Assembly (NCBI GenBank): GCA_041556375.1
Contig: JBFFIS010000001.1
Span: 1 to 29,679 of the forward strand
Length of the DNA: 29,679 nucleotides
Source: Desulfurivibrionaceae bacterium
Lineage (GTDB): Bacteria; Desulfobacterota; Desulfobulbia; Desulfobulbales; SURF-16
Reading direction: 5' to 3'
Each line of letters begins with the position of its first letter. Position 1 is the stretch's first letter. The translations under genes were made by a program, and so were the position numbers. Of this stretch, positions 8,909 to 17,564 are shown piece after piece. The notes under the pieces are model-generated. The model ran no database searches. It saw only the letters and a list, made by a program, of their open reading frames with translations, and was not told where the DNA came from.

Positions 8909-9604
8909 ATGGCTGTAAAGAAAAAATTCTACGCCATTGCTGCCGGCCGTAAGCCCGGTATCTATACAAAATGGCCGGATGCCCAGGCCCAAGTCATGGG
9001 GTTTGCCGGAGCCAAATATCAGGGCTTTGCCACCGAGGCCGAGGCTGAGGCCTGGCTCAAAAATCCGGTTTATGCAGCCTCAACCGCCAAGAGCAGCAAG
9101 GGCTCGACAAAATCTGCCCCTCCTAAGGCCGCCAAAGAGGGGGAAATTGTTATCTATACCGATGGCGGCGCCCGCTTTAACCCCGGGCCCGGGGGCTACG
9201 GCGTTGTTATGATGGAAGGCGACAAACGCCTGGAGTTTACCGGCGGCTACCGGCTCACCACCAATAATCGTATGGAGCTTATGGGCTGCATCGTTGCTCT
9301 GCGCCAGGTGAAAAAGCGGCAGAAGTCGGTAACCCTCTACTCCGATTCCCAGTATGTGGTCAACGGGATCACCAAAGGCTGGGCCAGGGGCTGGCGGAAA
9401 AGGGGCTGGATCAAGTCGGACAAGCAGCCCGCCGTCAATCCTGACCTCTGGGCCGAACTGCTTGAGCTGGCCGAAGGGCTGACGGTTGATTTTAGATGGG
9501 TGAAGGGGCACGCCGGCAACGAGTTTAATGAGCGTTGCGATGAGCTGGCCGTGAGCTCGGCCGCCCAGAGTGATCTCCCCGAAGACAAGGGCTATAAGGG
9601 CTGA
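8909..9604 (+). CDS. rnhA: Ribonuclease HI with N-terminal hybrid-binding (caulimovirus viroplasmin-like) domain
   Basis: KFYAIAAGRKPGIYTKW...GF.GAKYQGF.T..EA (HBD), then a Ser/Lys/Ala linker, then YTDGG..NPGPGGYG, TTNNRMEL, DSQYV, NPDLW, WVKGHAG..NERCDELA. Confidence 0.95.
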   Translation: MAVKKKFYAIAAGRKPGIYTKWPDAQAQVMGFAGAKYQGFATEAEAEAWLKNPVYAASTAKSSKGSTKSAPPKAAKEGEIVIYTDGGARFNPGPGGYGVVMMEGDKRLEFTGGYRLTTNNRMELMGCIVALRQVKKRQKSVTLYSDSQYVVNGITKGWARGWRKRGWIKSDKQPAVNPDLWAELLELAEGLTVDFRWVKGHAGNEFNERCDELAVSSAAQSDLPEDKGYKG

Positions 9605-9652
9605 AACGGATCATGTCGCAGGTAACATTCTGTAAGCGCCATTTTGATCGTT

Positions 9653-9680
9653 CCGTAGCCGCCTCAAAAGGCGGCCACGG
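9653..9680. terminator. Hairpin between the convergent rnhA and rubredoxin genes
   Basis: CCGT-a-GCCGCCT-caaa-AGGCGGC-c-ACGG; no clear U-tract. Confidence 0.45.
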
Positions 9681-9701
9681 CGCGTTAGGGGCTCTTCAAC
9701 A

Positions 9702-9863
9702 TCAGTCCGTAGGCTCAAAGGCGCCTTTACCGGCACCACACAGGGGGCAGACCCAGCTGTCTGGCAGGTCTTCAAAGGCGGTGCCTGGTTCGATACCGGC
9801 GTTTTCATCACCAACTTCAGGATCATAGACATAACCACAGGCTGTACAGACGTATTTTTGCAT
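9702..9863 (-). CDS. Rubredoxin (53 aa)
   Basis: [19 protein letters not shown]...[20 protein letters not shown] with two CxxCG knuckles. GGAGA RBS supports the start at 9863 rather than 9929. Confidence 0.97.
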   Translation of the reverse strand: MQKYVCTACGYVYDPEVGDENAGIEPGTAFEDLPDSWVCPLCGAGKGAFEPTD

Positions 9864-9937
9864 GATGATCTCCTTTGGTAGAGGTTGTGAAGCGTGTTTA
9901 CTATGGCAGCGGTTCTTTGTGCAAAACAAAAGAACGC

Positions 9938-10141
9938 TTATTCAATCTCTTGCTGTTCGCCGATTGAGCTAAGGACATTGTCGCGGAAGTTTTCATCTTG
10001 AATGAGCTTCATGGCCAGGGCCTTACAGATTTGGCCGGCAAGGCCCTCTTCGCCGTCATAGGCAATATCCACCTCAATATCACCTTCATCGGCAGTGAGG
10101 ATCACCGCAGCCTGATTTGGTGCCAGGGTTATTTCAGCCAT
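9938..10141 (-). CDS. Small acidic hypothetical protein (67 aa)
   Basis: AGGA RBS and ATG; it fills the gap between the YqaA-type gene and rubredoxin on the same strand, with protein-like composition. Confidence 0.7.
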   Translation of the reverse strand: MAEITLAPNQAAVILTADEGDIEVDIAYDGEEGLAGQICKALAMKLIQDENFRDNVLSSIGEQQEIE

Positions 10142-10191
10142 GTTATGTCCTTATTTACGTTGGGATGATTGGGGTCGTCAGTTTAAAAAAT

Positions 10192-10638
10192 TCAGGCCAT
10201 GCTGGTGACGGTCACAGAGGCAACGAGGGCATAGCGCGCCAGTTTGCCGCTGAAGGCCAACAGGGAAAAGAGGAAAAAGTTGAGGCGCAGAGAGCCGCCC
10301 ACCAGGCAGAGGGGATCACCGATCACCGGCAGCCATGACAGCAGTATAGACCATGATCCATATTTTTGGTAGAGGCGGGTTGCCCGGCCCATCTGCTCTG
10401 AGTCGATACGCAGGATCTTTTCCATGATAAAGGCCGAACCCCAGGCCCCGATGCCATAGGTGGTGCAGGCCCCGAGGAAGTTGCCCAGGGTGGCCACGGC
10501 CACGACACTCTCGACATTATGGGCCTGGAGAATGAGGGCCACCAACAACCACTCCGAGCCCAGGGGCAGGATGGTGGCGGCCAGGAAGCTGACCACAAAA
10601 AGGGCCGGCAGGCCATTATGGAGAAGGAGTTCATGCAT
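10192..10638 (-). CDS. YqaA/DedA-family (VTT domain) membrane protein
   Basis: LFVVSFLAATILPLGSE, VATLGN.LG..TTY.IG, YQKYG.WS.LLSWLPVIGDPL...G.LR, GK.ARY. Start set at MHELL (10638). Confidence 0.9.
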   Translation of the reverse strand: MHELLLHNGLPALFVVSFLAATILPLGSEWLLVALILQAHNVESVVAVATLGNFLGACTTYGIGAWGSAFIMEKILRIDSEQMGRATRLYQKYGSWSILLSWLPVIGDPLCLVGGSLRLNFFLFSLLAFSGKLARYALVASVTVTSMA

Positions 10639-10776
10639 GGTTTTTTTGTAATGCGAAGCTCTTTGGGCCACAGGTGCCTGGGACGTTCAACCTTGGCAGC
10701 AAAAAAACATCTTGGCCCTTTCCTGCAAAGAAATCAATGGCTTCCCGGTCGGTGAGCGGTATCGCTTAAGTTTTAT

Positions 10777-10805
10777 TTGTTAAACTTTATGGCAGTGATT
10801 ATAAT
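10777..10805 (+). promoter_or_regulatory. Candidate sigma70 promoter of the orphan flgE
   Basis: TTGTTA-N17-TATAAT in an AT-rich tract about 70 nt upstream of the ATG at 10875. Confidence 0.55.
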
Positions 10806-10874
10806 AACTAATTGAGAATGTGATATTTTTCATGTTTTGTTTTGCGGGCTTTGCTGCTCGGGGAGGGGTGCATA

Positions 10875-12320
10875 ATGATTTCAGGGATCAACTCGTCAGT
10901 TTCTGCCCTGCAGAGCCTGTCTAAAAAGGCCGAGTCCACGGCCAATAATGTTGCCAATATCAACACCCCGGCCTACAAGGCCAGCCGCGTCACCCTCCAG
11001 GATGCCGGCAGTCAAGCTATCTCAACCGCCTCTGGTTCCCGCCAGGTGGGCAGTGGCGTCACCGTCAGTACCGTCGATCGCGTCAACACCCAGGGAGCCC
11101 TTGAGGGCACGCAAAGCCCCTCTGATTTCGGGATCAGCGGTCAGGGCTACTTCCTCCTGCGCGATACCGGCTCCACCGTTGCCGACCAGTACAGCCGTAC
11201 CGGTAATTTTCAGTATGACCAAGAGGGCTATTTGGTCAGCCCCAGCGGTTCCCTGGTTCAGGGCTGGCAGCTCGATGGGGCAAGCGGCGACCGCCAAGGT
11301 ACCATCGGCGATATCCAGATTCCCCAAACCACCGCCCCTGTGGCCACCCAGCAGGTCACCCAGATCGTCAACCTCGATGCCCGGACAGCGCCGGAGGACA
11401 GCGCCACCAGTCTTTCCCTCTTTGACGCCTATGACGGCCGCAATGTTGCCGGCGGCCAGTCTGGAGAGCCTGTCGCGCCAGCAAACTATGAGTACAAGTC
11501 CTCCATTGCCATCTATGACAGTCAGGGGACCAAGCAGAATGTTGATATCTACTACGACACCACGGCCGCCAATAACCAGTGGGAGTTTCTGGTGGCAGTC
11601 GACCCTCTGGCCGACCAGCGGCCCGGTGTTGACCCCAGCCAGAAAGGGGCCGGGGCCCTGATGTATGGCACCATCAACTTCAGCACCTCTGGCGAGATTG
11701 CCAGCATCGAGGCCTATAATGTCCCGGCTGATGGCCAGGTCAATCCCAGCCTGCCTGATAACCGCATTACTCTGGCCAACACCGATACCACCTACAGCTT
11801 TGCCGCCAACTTCACCGGCGCCAGCCAAAACCAAGAAATCGCCCTTGATTTCGGCGCCCGCTACAGCGGTACAGGCACGGATTTTCGCCCCCAGTCCTTG
11901 GCCTCGACCCAGTATGCCAACTCCTCCACCACCATCACCCAGAACCAGGACGGTTACGGCGCTGGCTTTCTGCAAACGGTGGCTACCGACAGCGAGGGGG
12001 TGATCTCGGCGAGCTATTCCAACGGCCAGGTGCTTGAACAGGCCCAGGTCTCCCTGGCCAGTTTTGGCAATCCGGACGGCCTGCGCAGCGATGGCGGCGG
12101 CGTGTTCCGGGAGACCACGGCCTCAGGGGCGGCGACCACCGGCGCACCCGGCACCACTGGTCTCGGCGGTCTGGCCCCCAACTCCCTGGAGATCTCCAAT
12201 GTCGACCTGGCCGAGGAACTGGTCTCCATGATGATCACCAAGACCAGCTTCAAGGCCAACGTCAAGATGATCCAGGCCGGCGACGAGATGATCGGCAGCC
12301 TGCTCGATATCAAGACCTGA
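10875..12320 (+). CDS. flgE: Flagellar hook protein FlgE-like (stand-alone, divergent paralogue)
   Basis: ANNVANINT, QGALE.T.SP.DFGISGQGYF, YSRTGNFQYDQEGYLV...G..VQGW, YDSQG, QDGYGAG.L, G...ASYSNG, LASF.NPDGL, LE.SNVDLAEE...ANVK.I...DEM. GGAGG RBS before ATG 10875. Confidence 0.88.
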   Translation: MISGINSSVSALQSLSKKAESTANNVANINTPAYKASRVTLQDAGSQAISTASGSRQVGSGVTVSTVDRVNTQGALEGTQSPSDFGISGQGYFLLRDTGSTVADQYSRTGNFQYDQEGYLVSPSGSLVQGWQLDGASGDRQGTIGDIQIPQTTAPVATQQVTQIVNLDARTAPEDSATSLSLFDAYDGRNVAGGQSGEPVAPANYEYKSSIAIYDSQGTKQNVDIYYDTTAANNQWEFLVAVDPLADQRPGVDPSQKGAGALMYGTINFSTSGEIASIEAYNVPADGQVNPSLPDNRITLANTDTTYSFAANFTGASQNQEIALDFGARYSGTGTDFRPQSLASTQYANSSTTITQNQDGYGAGFLQTVATDSEGVISASYSNGQVLEQAQVSLASFGNPDGLRSDGGGVFRETTASGAATTGAPGTTGLGGLAPNSLEISNVDLAEELVSMMITKTSFKANVKMIQAGDEMIGSLLDIKT

Positions 12321-12345
12321 TCACCTTTTAGGTCGGTGCCCATAC

Positions 12346-12387
12346 AAAAGGCGGTGGATGCTTTCAGGCACCCACCGCCTTTTTTTT
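12346..12387. terminator. Bidirectional rho-independent terminator
   Basis: AAAA-GGCGGTGGATGC-tttcag-GCACCCACCGCC-TTTTTTTT between the convergent flgE and VOC genes. Confidence 0.85.
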
Positions 12388-12459
12388 GTCATCTGCTTAG
12401 CCTCACAAACAGGTGCCGAGTCCTGTAAAAGCGCTGTCGCCGGCGAAAGACGCCTTGTG

Positions 12460-12855
12460 TTACTCCTTATAATAGCGTCTAAATTCCTCTGATGGCTCGC
12501 GGTCGGCGTAGACGTAGACAGCATTGCCAAGGGGGTCGATGACTGAAAAACCGCGATCTCCCCAGGGGTGATCTTCCAGGGGCATGGCGGTCTGCAGCCC
12601 GGCTGCCATCAGCCGTTTATGTTCGCTGTCAACATCATCAACCTTGAGGTTGAGCATCACCCCGGCGCCGCCAAATGTCGGGCTATCATCTTGGGGTTGC
12701 ATGAACTCGACAGAAGGGCCGTCGCCGCCAATGCGGAGGTTGAGATACCAGCCGCAGTCAAAAACCACCTTGGCGGCGAAATAGCGCTGATAGAATTTCC
12801 GGCAGGCCTCAACATCATGGGTAGCAAAGCAAGTTGATAATTCTTTAATTCTCAT
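12460..12855 (-). CDS. VOC/glyoxalase family protein
   Basis: DV....FY...F....FDCGWY..L, LN.KVDDVD.E..RL..AG, PLEDHPWGDRGF...DPLGN. Confidence 0.9.
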   Translation of the reverse strand: MRIKELSTCFATHDVEACRKFYQRYFAAKVVFDCGWYLNLRIGGDGPSVEFMQPQDDSPTFGGAGVMLNLKVDDVDSEHKRLMAAGLQTAMPLEDHPWGDRGFSVIDPLGNAVYVYADREPSEEFRRYYKE

Positions 12856-12893
12856 GACATTCTTCGGGGGAGTTGCTGGCGCAACGCGTCCCG

Positions 12894-13469
12894 CTACTCC
12901 TTGCTCTGGATGGAGATCTTTTTGACCTTGGAGGTTGGTAAGGCCTTGCGGGGAATGGTCAGCCTCAGGACGCCTTGTTTAAAGGTGGCCTTGATCTTGT
13001 CTTGCTCGGCATCCTCCGGCAGGGAGAGAACGCGTTGAAAGGAGCCGTAGGAGCGCTCCACCCGGTAGAAGTTTTTGTCCTTCTCCTCCTTCTCCTGCTT
13101 TTTTTCACCCGTGATGGTCAGGTTATTGTTGACCACCTCGATTTTGACGTCCTTTTCGGTAACACCCGGCACCTCGACACTGATTGTATACTCTTTGTCC
13201 GAGGAGCTGATGTCCAGGGTCGGCTTGAGCACGCCTTCAGCCATGCCCGGCAGGCGTAGTGAGGGGATATTGCCGAAGCCGGCAAAGGGTGGCGAAAAGC
13301 CGCGAAAAAAGTTGTTGAACATCCGGTCAATTTCACCTTGCAGCTGCTGTAGGGGCTGCAAGGGCATACCGGGGATGTGTTGTTCGCTGTGCTGGATAGG
13401 GATAATCTTGCCCTCCCCGCCCTCCTCATCGGCAAACCAGTTCCAAGGCACCAATTTTTTAAAATCCAT
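12894..13469 (-). CDS. Hsp20/alpha-crystallin small heat shock protein
   Basis: P.LDI...DKEY.I.VEVPGV..KDV.IE..NN.LTI.GEKKQEKEEKDKNFYRVERSYGSFQR.L.LP......I.A.FK.GVL.L.IP; GGAGG RBS. Confidence 0.96.
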   Translation of the reverse strand: MDFKKLVPWNWFADEEGGEGKIIPIQHSEQHIPGMPLQPLQQLQGEIDRMFNNFFRGFSPPFAGFGNIPSLRLPGMAEGVLKPTLDISSSDKEYTISVEVPGVTEKDVKIEVVNNNLTITGEKKQEKEEKDKNFYRVERSYGSFQRVLSLPEDAEQDKIKATFKQGVLRLTIPRKALPTSKVKKISIQSKE

Positions 13470-13719
13470 ACCGCACCTCCATGTGAAAATTTATTATTCA
13501 TGGCCCTGACGACAGGCATTGTTGATGCGAATTTTTTACCGATCTCTCTTATTAATTTCTATCACAGGGAAGGAGTGCGGCAAAAATTTTTTTCAACCGT
13601 TTTTCGGGGCTGAAAAGCCTTTGCTAATTAATTCGCTTCCTTGGTTCACTATTAATTTTGAAAAAGGTACACTGGTTTAAACGAAACTGTTTGGCGATGG
13701 TTGCTTTTAAGGGGGAGGT

Positions 13720-14217
13720 ATGGCCAAAAAACTGATTGGTTTGGGGCTGGTTGTCGTTCTTGCCCTGGGGGGCTGGCTGGCCCATTATTTTTCCGATAAA
13801 GAGGTGATTAAACGCCAGCTCACGGTGCTCGCCGTTGAACTCAGCAAAGAGGGCAAGGAGACTCCGGTGCAGATGGGTCTCAAGCTCGGCAAGGTCAAAA
13901 AGATGCTGGCCCCCAGTTGTCAGGTGACAATTGCCGACATGGACCATGTCGAGGATGTCGAGCGCGATCTGGTTATCCACTACCTCATCTACTACCGTCA
14001 GCGCTACAGAGCTTTCACCATTGCCCTTGAGGACATGGCCATCGATATTCCAGTCAAGGGTGAGGCCACAGTCAAGGCCATGGTCAACCTGATCAGAATG
14101 AAGAAGGCCGATGAAAAGGGCCGTGCCGAGCAGCACCCGGTTGACCTTGTCATGAGGAAGGGGGAGGACAACTGGCTGATCCATGCCGTGATTATGCCGG
14201 ATGCCCTGACGAAGTAG
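13720..14217 (+). CDS. Hypothetical membrane-anchored protein (possibly NTF2/SnoaL-like fold)
   Basis: GGAGG RBS, an N-terminal TM/signal anchor, and a C-terminal strand pattern (V.LVMRKGEDNWLI) reminiscent of NTF2-like proteins. The fold call is tentative. Confidence 0.7.
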   Translation: MAKKLIGLGLVVVLALGGWLAHYFSDKEVIKRQLTVLAVELSKEGKETPVQMGLKLGKVKKMLAPSCQVTIADMDHVEDVERDLVIHYLIYYRQRYRAFTIALEDMAIDIPVKGEATVKAMVNLIRMKKADEKGRAEQHPVDLVMRKGEDNWLIHAVIMPDALTK

Positions 14218-14221
14218 AGCA

Positions 14222-14698
14222 ATGGATACCTTCAGCCATACCCTCTGGGGATACGGTCTTTTTGGTCAGAAACGGCCATGGTTGGCCATGGTTATGGGTG
14301 CCATGCCCGATCTGGTCAGCTTCGGGGCCTTTGCCGTTATCCGCCTGGTGAACGGCAATTATGTGGCTGGCAAGCCACCCTTAGAGATCATTCCGGCCTG
14401 GTGTTTTGTCCTCTATGATATCAGCCACAGTCTGCTCATTGCCCTCCTGGCCTGTGGGCTCATATTCTGGAAGATCCCTGAGCTCGGCTTTGCCACCCTG
14501 GCCTGGCCCTTTCACATCCTCCTCGATATCCCCTTTCATACCAGGCATTACTTCCCCACCAAGTTTTTCTACCCCCTCAGCGATTTTTTTTACGACGGCA
14601 TTGCCTGGAGCAGGCCCGAGGTCTGGTTGCCTAATATCGCCGGCGTGCTGGTGGTGGTGGGGTGGCGGTTGTGGAGGAGGAGAACGGCACAATGTTGA
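14222..14698 (+). CDS. Putative membrane-bound metal-dependent hydrolase (YdjM-like)
   Basis: MDTFSH, GAMPDL, SHSLL and HILLD metal-ligand-like motifs in a hydrophobic protein; 4 nt after the upstream stop. Confidence 0.75.
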   Translation: MDTFSHTLWGYGLFGQKRPWLAMVMGAMPDLVSFGAFAVIRLVNGNYVAGKPPLEIIPAWCFVLYDISHSLLIALLACGLIFWKIPELGFATLAWPFHILLDIPFHTRHYFPTKFFYPLSDFFYDGIAWSRPEVWLPNIAGVLVVVGWRLWRRRTAQC

Positions 14699-14902
14699 AC
14701 AGGTAGGAGAGCCTGGGCGACTCCGGAGAACAATGAAGCGCGGAAGGCCGCAGAGTGTGCCCTACAACCTTGGCCATCCCTGGGCGGCAGTTGATTTTCA
14801 ACTCAGGCGCGGCGGATGTGCTCGGCCTGGGCTGGCCTGGCAAAGGGGCGAAGGAAGCAAGCGGTTTAACTTTGCATTTTACTGCCAGCGGCGATGAGTC
14901 AT

Positions 14903-14943
14903 AAAAAAAGGGGGGCAGAGAATTCATCTCTGCCCCCTTTTTT
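14903..14943. terminator. Bidirectional rho-independent terminator
   Basis: A7, then a 10-bp stem GGGGGCAGAG/CTCTGCCCCC, then T6, between convergent genes. Confidence 0.9.
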
Positions 14944-14963
14944 AATTTGAGAACGAAATCTAC

Positions 14964-15464
14964 TTAGTTGATCTGCTCAAAGATGTGGGCCTTGGCGCCG
15001 CAGATAGGGCAGCGTTCCGGCGCAGCGCCTAACTCGATGTGGCCGCAGACGGGACAGAGGTAGAAGTCGGCGGTATCAAGATCAACGCCGTTTTTCACGG
15101 CCTCCATGGCCTTGGCGTAGAGCTGGGCATGGACGGCTTCGGCCTTGGTGGCAAATTTGAACATCACCTTGGCCTTGTGGCCTTCCTCTTCGGCCTGGGT
15201 AACCATGGGCGGATACATGTCTTCAAACTCATGGGTCTCGCCGTCAATGGCGGCCTGGAGGTTTTCGGCAGTGGAGCCGACCATATCCAGGGCCTTGAGG
15301 TGGCCTTCGGCGTGGATGCGCTCGGCCTCGGCCGTGGTGCGGAAGAGCTTGGCGACATTGCTGAAGCCCTCTTTCTCGGCTTTCTTGGCAAAGGCGCGGT
15401 ATTTCTGGTTGGCTTGGCTCTCGCCGGCAAAGGCACCCTGGAGATTCTCAGTGGTAGATGGCAT
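14964..15464 (-). CDS. rbr: Rubrerythrin
   Basis: AFAGESQA..KY..FA..A..EG, AE.E..HA, A..GE..E...MYP, AE..H, and a C-terminal CPVCG...CPICG rubredoxin domain. Confidence 0.96.
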   Translation of the reverse strand: MPSTTENLQGAFAGESQANQKYRAFAKKAEKEGFSNVAKLFRTTAEAERIHAEGHLKALDMVGSTAENLQAAIDGETHEFEDMYPPMVTQAEEEGHKAKVMFKFATKAEAVHAQLYAKAMEAVKNGVDLDTADFYLCPVCGHIELGAAPERCPICGAKAHIFEQIN

Positions 15465-15510
15465 GCTATCCTCCTTGTATTTGAATAAGAAATAGAAAAG
15501 AAAGGTTCTT

Positions 15511-15531
15511 TATCAGTAATAATTATCGTTT
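15511..15531. promoter_or_regulatory. Candidate PerR/Fur-family box upstream of rubrerythrin
   Basis: TATCAGTAAT-A-ATTATCGTTT is an imperfect palindrome (GTAAT-n-ATTA core) about 47 nt upstream of rbr. It resembles the deltaproteobacterial PerR motif as I recall it; not verified. Confidence 0.5.
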
Positions 15532-15791
15532 ACATATAACAGATCCATTTCAAAACTCAACAGTTAAAATACAAATAAAAGTATCCGGTGGTCAAAGGCC
15601 TTCTCCCCCTTTCGGGCCGGGCCGGGAAATGGTAAGAAGAATGGACGGTACGGAGAGGGTTTTTTCCCTCCTCCTGTGGCCATTACTGCCAAGCTGGGAA
15701 TCTAGAGTTACAGTTTTTGGGGAGCCCTGTGGCGGTAATGCCCCATATAATACGCTGACAATCGAACAATAGGGATACGAAGGGTAGGAAA

Positions 15792-17564
15792 ATGTCTGAG
15801 CAAATGAACAAGGATCTTGGCAGTGCAGATGTCCTCTGGAATCTTGGCGACCTCTACGAAGGTCTGGATGACGAGTTGATCAAGGATGATATTGATCTCT
15901 GCGAGCAGGAGGCCGCCCTTCTCAAGGAGTTTAGCGGTACACTGGCCGAGCTGGAGCCAGCCAAGTTTGCCCGGGTGGTCAGGCGCCTGGAGCGCATTGC
16001 CACCAACCTTGGGCGGGTGGCAACCTATGCCTATCTCAACTTCGCCACCCAGGTTACCAATGCCGAGGCCGGCGCTTTTTTGCAGGAGATCAAGGAGGCC
16101 GCCAGCCGCATCAGCCGGGATACCGTCTTTTTCGACCTGGAATGGTCGAAGATGGATGCCGAGGCGGCCCGGATTTTTCTTGAGGCCGAAGATACCGCCC
16201 CCTACCATCATTATCTGGCCAATGTCAGGCGCTATGCCGATCATCTCCTCTCCCAGGTGGAGGAGACCCTGCTCATCGAGATGAGCCCGGTGGCCGCCTC
16301 AAGCTGGACCAGCCTCTTTACCAAGGTCATGGGCCACCTTAAATTCGGCGCACAGATGCGTAGTCAGGAGGAGGTGTTGGCCGATCTCTACAGCCCGGAG
16401 CGCCAGGTCCGTAGCCAGGCGGCCCAGGATCTGACCCAGGGACTGCAAAGCCAGCTCCACGTCTTCAGCCATATCTTCAACACCCTGTTGGCCGACAAGA
16501 TGATTGATGACCGGCTGCGCAGCTATGAAAGCTGGGTGAGTTCCCGTAACCTCTCCAATGAGCTTGACGATGAAACAGTGACGGCCCTGGTTGATGCCAC
16601 CACCGGCCGCTATGATATTGTCCAACGCTATTACGGCCTGAAGAAAAAGCTGCTGGGGCTTGACGAGCTCTACGATTACGATCGATACGCCCCCCTGCCC
16701 AGCCTGCCCGACAAAAAGCTGAGCTGGCAGGAATGCCGGCAGATGGTGGTCAGCGGCTTTGCTGAGTTTTCGCCGCAGATGGCCGACATTGCCGAGCTCT
16801 TTTTCGACCAGAACTGGATCCACGCCCCGGTTATCGAAGGCAAACAGGGCGGAGCCTTTGCCCATCCCTGTGTGCCTGACGCCCATCCTTACGTGTTGGT
16901 CAATTACACCGGCAACCTGCGCGACGTCTCCACCGTGGCCCATGAGCTTGGCCATGGCGTCCACCAGTACCTGGCCCGTGATAAGGGTTATTTTAACGCC
17001 AACACCCCTTTGGTCCTGGCCGAGACCGCTTCGGTCTTTGCCGAACTCCTCATCTTCCACAAGCAACTCGACCTTCTTGATGATCCGGCCCAGCGCCGGG
17101 CCTTCATCTGCCAGAAGCTGGAGTCGATTTTTGCCACCGTCTTTAGGCAGATCTCCATGAATCGCTTTGAGGATATGATCCACAACAGCCGCCGTCAGGA
17201 GGGCGAGCTCTCCAGCGACAAGCTCTCCGAGTTTTGGCTCCAGAGCCAAGGCGCCATGTTCGGCGATTCGGTGACCTTAAGTGAAGATTATGGCATCTGG
17301 TGGTCCTACATCCCCCATTTCCTGCGGACCCCAGGCTATGTTTACGCCTATGCCTTTGGCGAGTTATTGGTGCTGGCCCTTTATAAACTCTATCAGCAGC
17401 AGGGCGAGGCCTTTGTCCCCACCTACCTGGAGCTGTTAAGCCAGGGGGGCAGCCAGTCGCCCTACGAGCTTCTCAAGCCCTTTGCCATTGATCTCAGCGA
17501 CCCGGCCTTCTGGCAGGGGGGGCTGACGGTCATTGACGACATGCTGTGCCAGGTGGAAGAGTAA
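15792..17564 (+). CDS. pepF: M3 family oligoendopeptidase F
   Basis: WNLGDLY, K.GGAF, PYVL.NY, STVAHELGH..H (HExxH), LAETAS.F.E, W..IPHF...P.YVYAYAFG. Confidence 0.95.
   Translation: MSEQMNKDLGSADVLWNLGDLYEGLDDELIKDDIDLCEQEAALLKEFSGTLAELEPAKFARVVRRLERIATNLGRVATYAYLNFATQVTNAEAGAFLQEIKEAASRISRDTVFFDLEWSKMDAEAARIFLEAEDTAPYHHYLANVRRYADHLLSQVEETLLIEMSPVAASSWTSLFTKVMGHLKFGAQMRSQEEVLADLYSPERQVRSQAAQDLTQGLQSQLHVFSHIFNTLLADKMIDDRLRSYESWVSSRNLSNELDDETVTALVDATTGRYDIVQRYYGLKKKLLGLDELYDYDRYAPLPSLPDKKLSWQECRQMVVSGFAEFSPQMADIAELFFDQNWIHAPVIEGKQGGAFAHPCVPDAHPYVLVNYTGNLRDVSTVAHELGHGVHQYLARDKGYFNANTPLVLAETASVFAELLIFHKQLDLLDDPAQRRAFICQKLESIFATVFRQISMNRFEDMIHNSRRQEGELSSDKLSEFWLQSQGAMFGDSVTLSEDYGIWWSYIPHFLRTPGYVYAYAFGELLVLALYKLYQQQGEAFVPTYLELLSQGGSQSPYELLKPFAIDLSDPAFWQGGLTVIDDMLCQVEE

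Noticed and set aside
13504-13719. CIRCE, HAIR or sigma54 site upstream of hsp20
   Set aside because: Only a GAGTGC half-match and a GG-N10-GC lacking the CAC/TT consensus bases are present.
14840-14865. CGAAGGAAGCAAGC resembling SRP RNA domain IV
   Set aside because: It lacks the CAGG..GGAA..AGCAGC arrangement and the closing stem.
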